IMG/VR virus record: IMGVR_UViG_3300028840_006257
Location: 62,001 to 126,000 of that record
Direction: 5' to 3' (one strand)
Length of the DNA: 64,000 nt
Below, piece after piece: positions 1 to 8,289 of this stretch. Below the pieces are notes generated by a model. The model did no database searches and was not told where the DNA came from. It saw only the letters and a list, made by a program, of their open reading frames with translations. Position 1 is the first letter of the stretch. Each line of letters starts with the position of its first letter. The translations under genes were made by a program, and so were the position numbers.

Positions 1-115
1 ACCCACTTCTGATTTTCATGAAGAAAAGGTTCCATCAACCCGTGACGGCGCTCGGTAGTGCGCCTATGTTTCACTATGGTTGGTCTCACGTGACCTGAAA
101 GGGCAGTCGACCGCG

Positions 116-475
116 ATGGCACGCCGCGAACCCCAGACGAAACCTCTCCTGCAGGGGGACCTCACCCCTCGCATGACGGACGGGACGGACCTGCGGAACG
201 ACAACGCGGGCGACTACCAGAAGCAGGCCCGGAGCCTCGTGATCCGGTATCTCGAGAGCCTCCCGGCCGAGGCCACGGTGGACGTCGCGACGATGGCGCG
301 GGACATCGAGCGGCACTATCCTTTCCACGGAGAGGGAGAGGGCTTCTTCAACAAGATCGTGAACGGCCTCGCGAAGGAGGGCTGGGTCAAGAAGGAGGGC
401 AGTCAGGTCCACCTCCACAAGATCGCCCGCGTGACGCGCCGGTTCCTCTTGGCGAGCTGCGAGAAGTCCCGATAG
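116..475 (+). CDS. Small hypothetical protein, possible winged-helix fold, basic C-terminal tail (ARVTRRFLLAS)
   Basis: ORF 80..475; ATG at 116 preceded by GAAAGGG is the likelier start. Helix-helix-helix-beta-hairpin pattern (ARSLVIRYLESL...VATMARDIERHY...FFNKIVNGLAKEGWVKKEGSQVHL). Confidence 0.6.
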   Translation: MARREPQTKPLLQGDLTPRMTDGTDLRNDNAGDYQKQARSLVIRYLESLPAEATVDVATMARDIERHYPFHGEGEGFFNKIVNGLAKEGWVKKEGSQVHLHKIARVTRRFLLASCEKSR

Positions 476-480
476 CGCCT

Positions 481-500
481 CTATAGCAGATCCTCTGTAG
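481..500 (+). promoter_or_regulatory. Intergenic dyad motif CTAT-N12-GTAG (candidate late promoter/operator), copy 1
   Basis: CTAT 481-484, GTAG 497-500, just after the stop at 475. Same motif recurs in four other short intergenic gaps. Confidence 0.55.
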
Positions 501-554
501 GAGTTCTGCGTCCAGATGCCCTCTAGCTCGACCATCGCGACGAAGGAAGGCGCC

Positions 555-815
555 ATGAGGTTCTTCGACATTGCGCTGAAAGTCCTCTCGATGCTCGTGA
601 TCCCGGTCATCATCTGGGCCGTGAAGCTCGAGGTGAAGAACGCGATCCAGGACGAGAGGATCGTCGAACTTCAGGAGGACCTGGACAAGCTGTCCGACGT
701 GACGAACGTGGTCCAGGCGAACTCCCTCGCGCTGGTCCGGCTCGAGGGAAAGCTCGACAACGTCGACGAGAAGATCAGTGAGGTCAAGACGCTGCTTCGC
801 GACCGCGGTCAGTAG
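555..815 (+). CDS. Single-TM, coiled-coil membrane protein (i-spanin-like or holin-like)
   Basis: ATG 555 after GAAGGAAGG. N-terminal hydrophobic segment IALKVLSMLVIPVIIWAV followed by a heptad-rich coiled coil; 86 aa. Confidence 0.6.
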   Translation: MRFFDIALKVLSMLVIPVIIWAVKLEVKNAIQDERIVELQEDLDKLSDVTNVVQANSLALVRLEGKLDNVDEKISEVKTLLRDRGQ

Positions 816-1326
816 CCTCCTTCTGCTCGCGATTGCCTGCGAGGGCGCCGAACCGAGGGACGCCACGGTCCCGGCTCGCGCGGCGGGCGGGGGCGAGGTC
901 GAGCACAAGGAACCGCCTCCACCTCCGGTGCCCGGAGCTCCGCCGTCCGAGGCTCCCGAGCAGACCGGAGTCGAGGACGATCCTCCGCCCGAAAACGCGG
1001 ATCCTGGCTCGCCGCCGGAGGACGGTGTCTCTAAGACCAAGCGGCCCGAGCGAGGGAGGGACGGCTGCCGCCTGGGCGAGATGCGATTCGAGGGCGAGTG
1101 CTGGTCGAAGAAGTACGTGAAGATGCTGCTCAAGCGGCGCGAGCAGGAGGCCCTGGAGAAGGTCCAGAAGGCGCGGGACGTCGCCGACGCCGCGCAGGGA
1201 GCCCGCGACCTGCTCGAGCAGAAGACGGTCCAGATGGATAAGGTCGAGGACGACCTGGACGAGATCCTCGACGAGTTCAGGCGCCAGCAGGAGGAAGAGA
1301 AGAACAAGAAGGAGGAGGGCCCCTGA
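778..1326 (+). CDS. Predicted lipoprotein, Pro-rich linker plus C-terminal coiled coil (o-spanin-like)
   Basis: Signal peptide MRSRR-FATAVSSLLLLAIA|C21 with a lipobox-like end; PPPPPVP linker; start lies inside the 3' end of the upstream membrane gene. Confidence 0.55.
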   Translation: MRSRRCFATAVSSLLLLAIACEGAEPRDATVPARAAGGGEVEHKEPPPPPVPGAPPSEAPEQTGVEDDPPPENADPGSPPEDGVSKTKRPERGRDGCRLGEMRFEGECWSKKYVKMLLKRREQEALEKVQKARDVADAAQGARDLLEQKTVQMDKVEDDLDEILDEFRRQQEEEKNKKEEGP

Positions 1327-1369
1327 CGGTTTTCACGAAGGGATTTTCGCCGGTCGGTAGAGTTCCGGC

Positions 1370-1738
1370 GTGTCAGAGACCGAGATGAACACCCCACCCG
1401 AGACACCACCAAGCGACGACGGCGCCGCGACGCCGCCCGAGGATCCAGACGTGATCGGCAAGGTCACGCCCGAGGAGCAGGCGGCCATGATGGCGATTCG
1501 CGGCGAGCAGCAGCAGCTCATGCTGAAGATCGGAGAGCAGGAGTTCCTGAAGACGCGCATCCTCGCGCGACTGGACGAGCTCGAGCGCAAGCAGCAGGAG
1601 TTCGTCAACGGAATCTCGCAGCGCCTCGGCATCAAGGAGGGGCAGCAGTGGGTCGCCGTCGCCGACGGGACCATCCGGCTGGTCAAGCGCGGCGAGCCGG
1701 TCCAGACTCAGGAGGGAGCAGGACCACCCTCAGGATAG
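1370..1738 (+). CDS. Hypothetical coiled-coil protein
   Basis: ORF with host-like codon usage; alternative ATG at 1385; central amphipathic helix (QQQLMLKIGEQEFLKTRILARLDELERKQQEF). Confidence 0.65.
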   Translation: MSETEMNTPPETPPSDDGAATPPEDPDVIGKVTPEEQAAMMAIRGEQQQLMLKIGEQEFLKTRILARLDELERKQQEFVNGISQRLGIKEGQQWVAVADGTIRLVKRGEPVQTQEGAGPPSG

Positions 1739-4468
1739 GTGTCCATGACGTGCGTGAACAGCGGCAAGGAACCGTGGGCCAGCAAGGCTAATCCCCTGGA
1801 GCCGGCCTCGTGCGACGACGGTGACACGCCGCCCGACACGCCGCCGTGTCCCGATCCGTCGCCCAGTCCGGGTCCCTTCGGACCGGGCTGCGTGGGTTGG
1901 GAAGTTGGTCCCAACGAGTGCCCGGTTCCGCCGACCAACGTCCAGGTCGTGAGCCCGCTGTTCGCGGGAACCCTCGACGTCCGGTGGGATGATCCCGCGA
2001 TCCTGGCCAAGAACGGCAAGTTCAACGTGGTCGGGGTGAACGTCTACCGGAGCGACTCCTCCGAGCGAGGTCCCTACGCGCGCCTGAACAGGACGCCCGT
2101 CGGGGGCCTGTTCTACCGAGACTTCACGGACAACGTCCTGGTCGAGGACGAGGTGGTCGACTGGGACACGAGCTGGCTCTCGAGGGGGGAACAGTCGAAC
2201 GACCGCAAGTGGGTCTTCAGGACTAGCCGCTACCCCATCGTGAAGAAGTCGGGGCAGGCCATCGCGGCCGACAGCCCGATGGACGTGCGCCTCGTGATCG
2301 ACGGGCAGATCGTTCCGGTCCAGGCCGTGTTCGGACCGACGGGAGAGGTGACGCTCATCAACGTGCGGGGCTACAACTTCGCCACGGAGCGCTGGATCGA
2401 GCCGACCCTGCCGACGGGGCCCGAGACGGCGGTGTCGCTCAGCTACTGCTACAACGCCAACGCGATCCGCACGAGCCTGGACAGGAAGATCTGGTATCGG
2501 GTCACGACGGTCGCCGCCGATCCGAGCTCTCCGACGGGCTTCCGCGAGACGCCGCTCGACTTCGCCGAGCCCGCGACGCACAGGGCGGTCGAGTCCCTAG
2601 ACTACATGTGGCGAGAGGCGATCAGGCGCAACAACTGGGTGCTCGAGCAGGGCGGCGAGCGCGTCAAGATCTTCGTCAAGAAGACCTCGGGCGAGCAGTG
2701 CTTCTGCGGGCGCGACCCGCGGGCCATGGAATACGCGCAGCACCCGAGCGCGCGCTGCGAGACCTGCTTCCCGCTTGGCACCGAGGTCATGATGGGAGAC
2801 TTTACCCGCAAACCCATTGAGGAGGTGCAAGTCGGAGACGAAGTTCTGACCCACGCAGGTAAAGTCCGCCGCGTCTACGAGACGATGAGCCGTCCGGTTC
2901 GAGAGTGCCTCATCGACATCCAAGCGACCCACGGTGTGGGGTTCTCTCCGACCGGGAATCATCCGGTGCTCATTGTCAGACGTGAGGACGCGCGCTGCGT
3001 CAGGAACAAGAGGAGCTTGTGCACGGGGCCGGAGAGCAAAGTCATCTGCACCCGCAAGTCTTGGGCGGATCCTTGCCAACGAGACGTGCAGCAACATGCC
3101 CAGTGGGTGAGGGCTGACGAGGTCCGCGAAGGAGACTATCTCGTGTTCTGCCTGCCGAGCGACGAACTTTTCACGAACGGGATGAGTCGTGACCGGCTGC
3201 GTGTGCTCGGGTACTACGCGGCCGAAGGAAACACGGCCAAGAAGCAGCGCAAGGATGATGGGTCGACGACCCCGGACGACAAGACGACCGTCTTCGGATT
3301 CCACGTTGATGAGATTCCGTCGTTCGTGACCGAGCTTCAAGAATGTTTGCGGGATGAGTACGGGGCCTCCTCTTCTGTTCAGCCGTGCAGCAACACCGAG
3401 AACGGCTGCGCCTTGGTCGTGAGTCGTCAGGCCGTGGCTAAGGACATATTGGCTCACGTTGGGAAGTACAGTGTGGCCAAGCGACTCAGCCGAAATCTCG
3501 CGTGGCAGCGTCCAGAGATGGCGCGCGAGTTCCTGGGCGCCTATTTCAACGGGGATGGCTGGCAGTGTCTGAACGAGTCCAGGACGCACCTTGGAGTGAG
3601 TAGCGCTTCGTACGCCATGGCGCGGCAGGTGGAGGTCATGCTTCTCCGACAAGGAATAGTTCCGAGGTTCGACTCTCGGTATCGCACGGGGGTTGCGAAT
3701 CCGGGCCGTCCGGGCACGCACGAGACGACGGAGCACACGGTGGCTGTTCGCAAGACAGACATGCACGTGCTTGCCAGTACGATGCAGAAGATGACCGACG
3801 TGCCTTCGGAGAGGCGCCGAGGAGGATGGGCTGTCAGTGCAGGTCGTCTCGTTCTCTATCCCGTCCGCAGCGTTCGTCACATCCCGTACGAGGGCTCCGT
3901 CTACAATCTTGAAGTCGAGGAGGACCATTCCTACGTGGCCAACGGGGCGGTTGCCCACAACTGTTTTGGAACGGGTTTTATCGGTGGGTTTGAAGGGCCC
4001 TACGACGCCATCGTCGCCCCCGACGACGCCGACCGTGCCGTGCGCCAGACGCCGAACGGGCGCTACCTCGAACACATGCAGGACGTGTGGACGGGCCCGA
4101 GCCCGATGCTCACGCAGAGAGACTTCATCGTCAAGCAGACGAACGAGCGCTACAGCATCGGTCCCGTGCGGAAGCCGAGCAACCGGGGCAACGTCCTCCA
4201 GCAGCACTTCCAGATCCGGTACCTCGACGAGCAGGACATCCGGTACAGGGTGCCCCTGTTCGACACCACCGAGCTGTGCTGGCCCGAGACCCGCGAGCGT
4301 CCGGCCGTCCTGCAGCGGGGCGCGTGGGAGACGGAGTATCCGCCCGAGGGTCCGCACCCCGTGGGCGCCGACTACCAGCAGACTCCGATGGAGACCGAGA
4401 AGGAGAACGTCCCTGACGAGCGCGAGCAGAGAGGCCGGACGCCGGTCTGGTCCAACATATCGTACTGA
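1739..4468 (+). CDS. Neck/head-closure-like virion protein with N-terminal FN3-like domain and Zn-finger, interrupted by an intein (spliced product ~510 aa)
   Basis: FN3-like PPTNVQV...LDVRWDDP...GVNVYRS. After splicing the extein reads CFC...RCETCFGTGFIGGF (CxxCxGxG) then WTGPSPMLTQRDFIV...ERYSI. Sits at the start of the tail gene block; the neck assignment is by context. Confidence 0.6.
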   Translation: MSMTCVNSGKEPWASKANPLEPASCDDGDTPPDTPPCPDPSPSPGPFGPGCVGWEVGPNECPVPPTNVQVVSPLFAGTLDVRWDDPAILAKNGKFNVVGVNVYRSDSSERGPYARLNRTPVGGLFYRDFTDNVLVEDEVVDWDTSWLSRGEQSNDRKWVFRTSRYPIVKKSGQAIAADSPMDVRLVIDGQIVPVQAVFGPTGEVTLINVRGYNFATERWIEPTLPTGPETAVSLSYCYNANAIRTSLDRKIWYRVTTVAADPSSPTGFRETPLDFAEPATHRAVESLDYMWREAIRRNNWVLEQGGERVKIFVKKTSGEQCFCGRDPRAMEYAQHPSARCETCFPLGTEVMMGDFTRKPIEEVQVGDEVLTHAGKVRRVYETMSRPVRECLIDIQATHGVGFSPTGNHPVLIVRREDARCVRNKRSLCTGPESKVICTRKSWADPCQRDVQQHAQWVRADEVREGDYLVFCLPSDELFTNGMSRDRLRVLGYYAAEGNTAKKQRKDDGSTTPDDKTTVFGFHVDEIPSFVTELQECLRDEYGASSSVQPCSNTENGCALVVSRQAVAKDILAHVGKYSVAKRLSRNLAWQRPEMAREFLGAYFNGDGWQCLNESRTHLGVSSASYAMARQVEVMLLRQGIVPRFDSRYRTGVANPGRPGTHETTEHTVAVRKTDMHVLASTMQKMTDVPSERRRGGWAVSAGRLVLYPVRSVRHIPYEGSVYNLEVEEDHSYVANGAVAHNCFGTGFIGGFEGPYDAIVAPDDADRAVRQTPNGRYLEHMQDVWTGPSPMLTQRDFIVKQTNERYSIGPVRKPSNRGNVLQQHFQIRYLDEQDIRYRVPLFDTTELCWPETRERPAVLQRGAWETEYPPEGPHPVGADYQQTPMETEKENVPDEREQRGRTPVWSNISY
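2765..3961 (+). mobile_element. Intein (399 aa) with LAGLIDADG homing endonuclease
   Basis: Block A CFPLGTEVMMGD at 2765; block B PTGNHPVL; LAGLIDADG helices LGYYAAEG (3206-3229) and FLGAYFNGDG (3530-3559); block F/G VYNLEVEEDHSYVANGAVAHN ending 3961, then +1 Cys (TGT). Codon usage is more AT-rich than the exteins. Confidence 0.95.
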
Positions 4469-4484
4469 TCCGAGGACCTGATCG

Positions 4485-5018
4485 ATGCTCGGGATCAAGA
4501 TCAGGACGACGCGCGGCAAGACCTGGACGAACGTCGCGTCGGAGGACTTCATCACGCGGAAGTTCCTGCAGAAGGTCGGCAGGCTCTTCGTGAAGTCCAT
4601 CGTGTACGAGGCCCGCAAGGACTTCGCCAAGCAGGGGGGCTCGCGGACGCCGACGGGACAACCCGAGGGGATTCCGGCCGACGAGGCTTTCTACAAGTCG
4701 TTCAAGTTCAGGACCACGGAGAAGACCGTCGAGATCTACTGCTCGTGGCCCCAGATCGAGCAGATCACCGAGGGCAGGCGCCCGTACCCGATGGACTGGC
4801 TCACGCAGCAGGCCGGGATCTCCCGCGTGCCCATGAAGGGCCCGGGCGGTACAGTGCTGATCAAGACTACCCCCGCCAGCTCCGAGGACGCCTGGATCCA
4901 TCCGGGCTTCCGCAAGAACAACTTCCTTCGTCGGGGGTATGAGCGGGCACGGCGCGAGATGGACACGATGCTCCAGCAGCAGATAGTCGAGACCCTGAAG
5001 AAGCTGCCCCTTGCATGA
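4485..5018 (+). CDS. Putative neck/tail-completion protein (HK97 gp10-like)
   Basis: 177 aa basic protein with C-terminal IHPGF...FLRRGYERARREM pattern typical of this class; neck-region context. Confidence 0.45.
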   Translation: MLGIKIRTTRGKTWTNVASEDFITRKFLQKVGRLFVKSIVYEARKDFAKQGGSRTPTGQPEGIPADEAFYKSFKFRTTEKTVEIYCSWPQIEQITEGRRPYPMDWLTQQAGISRVPMKGPGGTVLIKTTPASSEDAWIHPGFRKNNFLRRGYERARREMDTMLQQQIVETLKKLPLA

Positions 5019-5719
5019 TCGAGGCCCACATCATCTGCTGTCGGAAGTGCGAGATCCGAGACCTCGGGCTCACGATGCTGCCCGGTCAGGAGCAGTGGGT
5101 CTCGGAGGTCGTCGCGGGGAACTCCGAGGACCTCCGCGCGGAGCAGCGCAAGGGGAACGTCCGCGTCTACCGGAGGACGCGGCCCGTGAATAGGGAGCCG
5201 AAGCGTCCTCCCCCTCCGTTCGTCGTGCGCTCTCGACCCCAGGTTCGGGAGCGCGAGGAGCCTAGGGTCATCCAGAAGGTCATCGAGAAGGTCGTGGAGG
5301 TCGTCGAGACCAAGGTCGACACCGAGGAGGTCGCGCGCCAGGTGCGAGGAGCCCTGCTGGGGGACATGAGGGAGATAATCGCGGAGGAGATGAGCAGGCT
5401 GCTCGAGGCCCAGGCGACGCCCCAAAGGGCCCAGGCGACGCCCCCGACGGTCGACGCGGCCGCCCTGGAAAGCGCCCTGGAGGCGGTCTTGGGGCGCCTG
5501 GCGGGTGCTGTGGCGCTTCCGGTCGCTCGGACGGCTCCTCCGTCTCCCGACAGGCCCCTCTACCTGCCCGAGAACCTGGTCGACAAGGACGCCAAGGTCA
5601 GGATCAGGGTGAGCGAGCGTGCTCAGGACGAGGGCGCCGACCTCGACGACGCCGCCGACGCGCTCCGAAAGTTCAAGAAGCGCCACGCGGGTAAAACGAA
5701 GGAGAGCGAGGAGAGCTGA
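5015..5719 (+). CDS. Hypothetical protein
   Basis: ATGA overlap with the upstream stop; 234 aa, helical centre, low-complexity Pro/Ala stretches. Confidence 0.7.
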   Translation: MIEAHIICCRKCEIRDLGLTMLPGQEQWVSEVVAGNSEDLRAEQRKGNVRVYRRTRPVNREPKRPPPPFVVRSRPQVREREEPRVIQKVIEKVVEVVETKVDTEEVARQVRGALLGDMREIIAEEMSRLLEAQATPQRAQATPPTVDAAALESALEAVLGRLAGAVALPVARTAPPSPDRPLYLPENLVDKDAKVRIRVSERAQDEGADLDDAADALRKFKKRHAGKTKESEES

Positions 5720-5723
5720 GACG

Positions 5724-6731
5724 ATGACCGAACGTGAAACTCCGATCCACGGCGTCGGGCTAGATTGCGGGACCATGAACCTCGTCGCGGCCAGGCGGAG
5801 CAAGGAGGGCGTCGTGACGACCCGCATCAGGGACGCCTTCCTCGACCTCCCCCGGGAGCACAAGAAGATGCTCCGGCTCTCCAACGTGAACTACGTCGAG
5901 AAGGGGGAGGACCTGGTAATCGTCGGGGACGCCGCCTACGAGATGGCCAACGTCCTCGGAAAGGAGGTGAGGCGTCCGCTGCATTCCGGGGTCGTCTCTC
6001 CACAGGAGATGGAGGCCCTCGAGATCCTCGCCATCCTGATCCGACACGTCCTCAAGGAACCGGTCCAGGAGGATGAGATCTGCTACTTCTCCGTCCCTGC
6101 TCCTCCCGTGGATCAGCCGGGGAGGGACGTGATCTACCACCGCGGCATCCTGGAACGCATCATCACGGAGTGCGGCTACCAGGCTCACGCCTCGAGCGAG
6201 GCGCTGGCCATCATCTACTCCGAGTGCGCACAGGACCAGTTCAGCGGCATCGGCATCTCCTTCGGCAGCGGCCTGTCGAACGTCACGCTCGCCATCAACA
6301 CGGTCGAGGGGCTCAGCTTCTCGGTCGCCAGGGCGGGCGACTGGCTCGATCGCGGCGCGGCCAGCAGCACGGACCTCACGCGGGCTCGGATGTGCACTCT
6401 CAAGGAGAAGGGCCTCAACCTGATGCAACCCGGAGGACGCGAGGAGGAGGCGCTGTGCGTCTACTACAAGTCCCTCGTCGAGTACGTGCTCGACCACATC
6501 GCGAGCGAGTTCGACAAGATCAAGGGTCGCTTCGCGCTGCCCCACCCGATCCCCATCGTGGTCTCGGGAGGCACGAGCAAGGCCGGGGGTTTCCTCGAGT
6601 TCTTCACGCGGGTCTTCGAGGAGAAGCGCCGGAAGTTCCCCATCGAGGTCAGCGAGGTCCGGGCCGCGAAGGAGCCGCTCGACGCCGTCGCCAGGGGGCT
6701 GCTCGTCCAGGCCCTCCAGGAATATGAGTAG
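5724..6731 (+). CDS. Actin-fold (MreB/ParM/FtsA superfamily) ATPase
   Basis: ATG 5724; phosphate-1 GLDCGTMNL, connect-1 SEALAII, phosphate-2 GISFGSGLSNV, adenosine IVVSGGTS, connect-2 PLDAVARG; 335 aa. Confidence 0.85.
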   Translation: MTERETPIHGVGLDCGTMNLVAARRSKEGVVTTRIRDAFLDLPREHKKMLRLSNVNYVEKGEDLVIVGDAAYEMANVLGKEVRRPLHSGVVSPQEMEALEILAILIRHVLKEPVQEDEICYFSVPAPPVDQPGRDVIYHRGILERIITECGYQAHASSEALAIIYSECAQDQFSGIGISFGSGLSNVTLAINTVEGLSFSVARAGDWLDRGAASSTDLTRARMCTLKEKGLNLMQPGGREEEALCVYYKSLVEYVLDHIASEFDKIKGRFALPHPIPIVVSGGTSKAGGFLEFFTRVFEEKRRKFPIEVSEVRAAKEPLDAVARGLLVQALQEYE

Positions 6732-7779
6732 GTCCGACGGCCTGTCGCTCTGGACGGGGACGAGGACCGACCTGTCGTGCGTCCCCGAGCGGCTCGAGGA
6801 GTACCAGCCCGTCGTCAGCTTCAGCGGCGGCAAGGACTCGGTCGCGACCACCCTCGCGCTGCGAGAGCACGAGATCGAGGCGCGGCACGTCTTCGCCGAC
6901 ACGGGCTGGGAGTCCGAGCAGACCACCGACTACGTCCGGGAGATCGGCCAGAAGCTCGGCATCCCGATAGAGGTCGTCGAGACGACGCCGCCCGAGCTCG
7001 AGCCGTGGGTCGAGGAGCTCGTCGCCGAGGCCGAGAAGCGCCTCGGTCGAAGGTTCGGCGCGCTCCCGAGGGGGATGCTGCACCGGGGAGGGACGCCGCT
7101 GAGGATCGGCCGGTGGTGCACCATCGAGTACAAGCTGCGCCCTATCAAGGCGTACCACGAACGCGTGAGCGACGAGACGGGACTAGACGTGGTCAACGTC
7201 GTGGGCGTCCGGGCCGAGGAGAGCCTGTCTAGGGCCCGGAGGGAGACGTGGTACCTCGACCGGCAGTGGGACGGCTACATGTGGCTGCCCATCCACCACT
7301 GGCGCACGGACGACGTCCTCCGCATCCACCAGAGGCACGGCATTCCCGTCAATCCCCTCTACAGGAAGGGCCACGACCGCGTCGGCTGCTACCCGTGCAT
7401 CCTCGCGCGGAAGGACGAGATCCGCCTCATCGCTCAGCTTGAGCCCGGGCGCATCGAGATGGTGCGCGAGCTCGAGCAGCTGTTCGAGAAGATCAGGACG
7501 CGCCGTAACAGGGAGCGGCCTGGGCGCTACGGCAAGGAGGATCCCGGTTTCTTCGAGGCCGTGATCGAGCGCGGCAACTCCACGGTCCCCGCGAAGATCG
7601 ACGACGTGGTGGACTGGGCGCGTACGGGACACGGCCGCAGGGTGAGGCTCACCGAGGTCCCGCCGGGCGGCGGCTGCTTCCGGTGGGGACTGTGCGAGAC
7701 GGTGGAGAGGCCCGACGATTCCGACCGGGAGTCCATCGCTGCCGTCCTGAACGAGGCCCTGGGCACCTCGAGCGAATGA
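6724..7779 (+). CDS. PAPS-reductase family (PP-loop, Fe-S) protein
   Basis: PP-loop VSFSGGKDS, VFADTGWE, RWCTIEYK, VVGVRAEES, RVGCYPCI, C-terminal GCFRWGLCE. Start overlaps the actin-like gene stop. Confidence 0.85.
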   Translation: MSRSDGLSLWTGTRTDLSCVPERLEEYQPVVSFSGGKDSVATTLALREHEIEARHVFADTGWESEQTTDYVREIGQKLGIPIEVVETTPPELEPWVEELVAEAEKRLGRRFGALPRGMLHRGGTPLRIGRWCTIEYKLRPIKAYHERVSDETGLDVVNVVGVRAEESLSRARRETWYLDRQWDGYMWLPIHHWRTDDVLRIHQRHGIPVNPLYRKGHDRVGCYPCILARKDEIRLIAQLEPGRIEMVRELEQLFEKIRTRRNRERPGRYGKEDPGFFEAVIERGNSTVPAKIDDVVDWARTGHGRRVRLTEVPPGGGCFRWGLCETVERPDDSDRESIAAVLNEALGTSSE

Positions 7780-7784
7780 TTCTC

Positions 7785-7805
7785 CTATCGGGCGCCCCTC
7801 GGTAG
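7785..7805 (+). promoter_or_regulatory. Dyad motif CTAT-N13-GTAG, copy 2
   Basis: CCTAT CGGGCGCCCCTCG GTAG in the 30-nt gap between stop 7779 and TTG 7810. Confidence 0.55.
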
Positions 7806-7809
7806 GATC

Positions 7810-8289
7810 TTGATCAGGAGGCCCCGCGCTGTGACCCTCGAGGAACGCGTCCGCGCCGTCAAGGCGAAGTTTGAAGAAGCGGCCGACGAGCTGCTCGCAC
7901 TCGTCTCCGAGAGTCCGAGCCAGGTCTCGGACATCATGCGGATCGCGCGGCCGAGCACGGAGGACGGGCCCTCCTTCTCGGTCAGCAGCGAGCTCGTGGA
8001 GCGGCTGCAAGTGGAGGGCCACCCTCCCAGCGAGGACCGTCTCTCGCTTCCGTGGGAGGGTCGCTTTCTCCAGGTCTCGTCTCGCAGCGTCCGACACGAG
8101 AAGGAGCCCGTAGACGTCCTCATCCCGGAGGGAGAGGTCTTCGTCCTGGTCAACGTCTGGCCCGAGAACCCGGCGCGCACCCAGGCGTTTCGCGAGCTGA
8201 ACGCGGGAGCCGGGGGGCCCGAGGAGATTCAGCGGCGTCTGGCCGAGATCAGCGAGGCTGAAGAGGCTGGTCCATGTACTACTTCCTGA
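7810..8289 (+). CDS. Hypothetical protein
   Basis: 159-aa ORF filling the gap, TTG start, overlaps the next gene's start. Confidence 0.55.
   Translation: MIRRPRAVTLEERVRAVKAKFEEAADELLALVSESPSQVSDIMRIARPSTEDGPSFSVSSELVERLQVEGHPPSEDRLSLPWEGRFLQVSSRSVRHEKEPVDVLIPEGEVFVLVNVWPENPARTQAFRELNAGAGGPEEIQRRLAEISEAEEAGPCTTS

Noticed and set aside
50-90. Two CTAT words (64-67, 74-77) and a GTAG near the window start as another promoter-motif copy
   Set aside because: No RTAG lies 12-13 nt downstream of either CTAT, and the order and spacing do not match.
1340-1365. GGTAGAGT before ORF 1370 as a motif copy or sigma70 -10
   Set aside because: It lacks the upstream CTAT half-site and a properly spaced -35.
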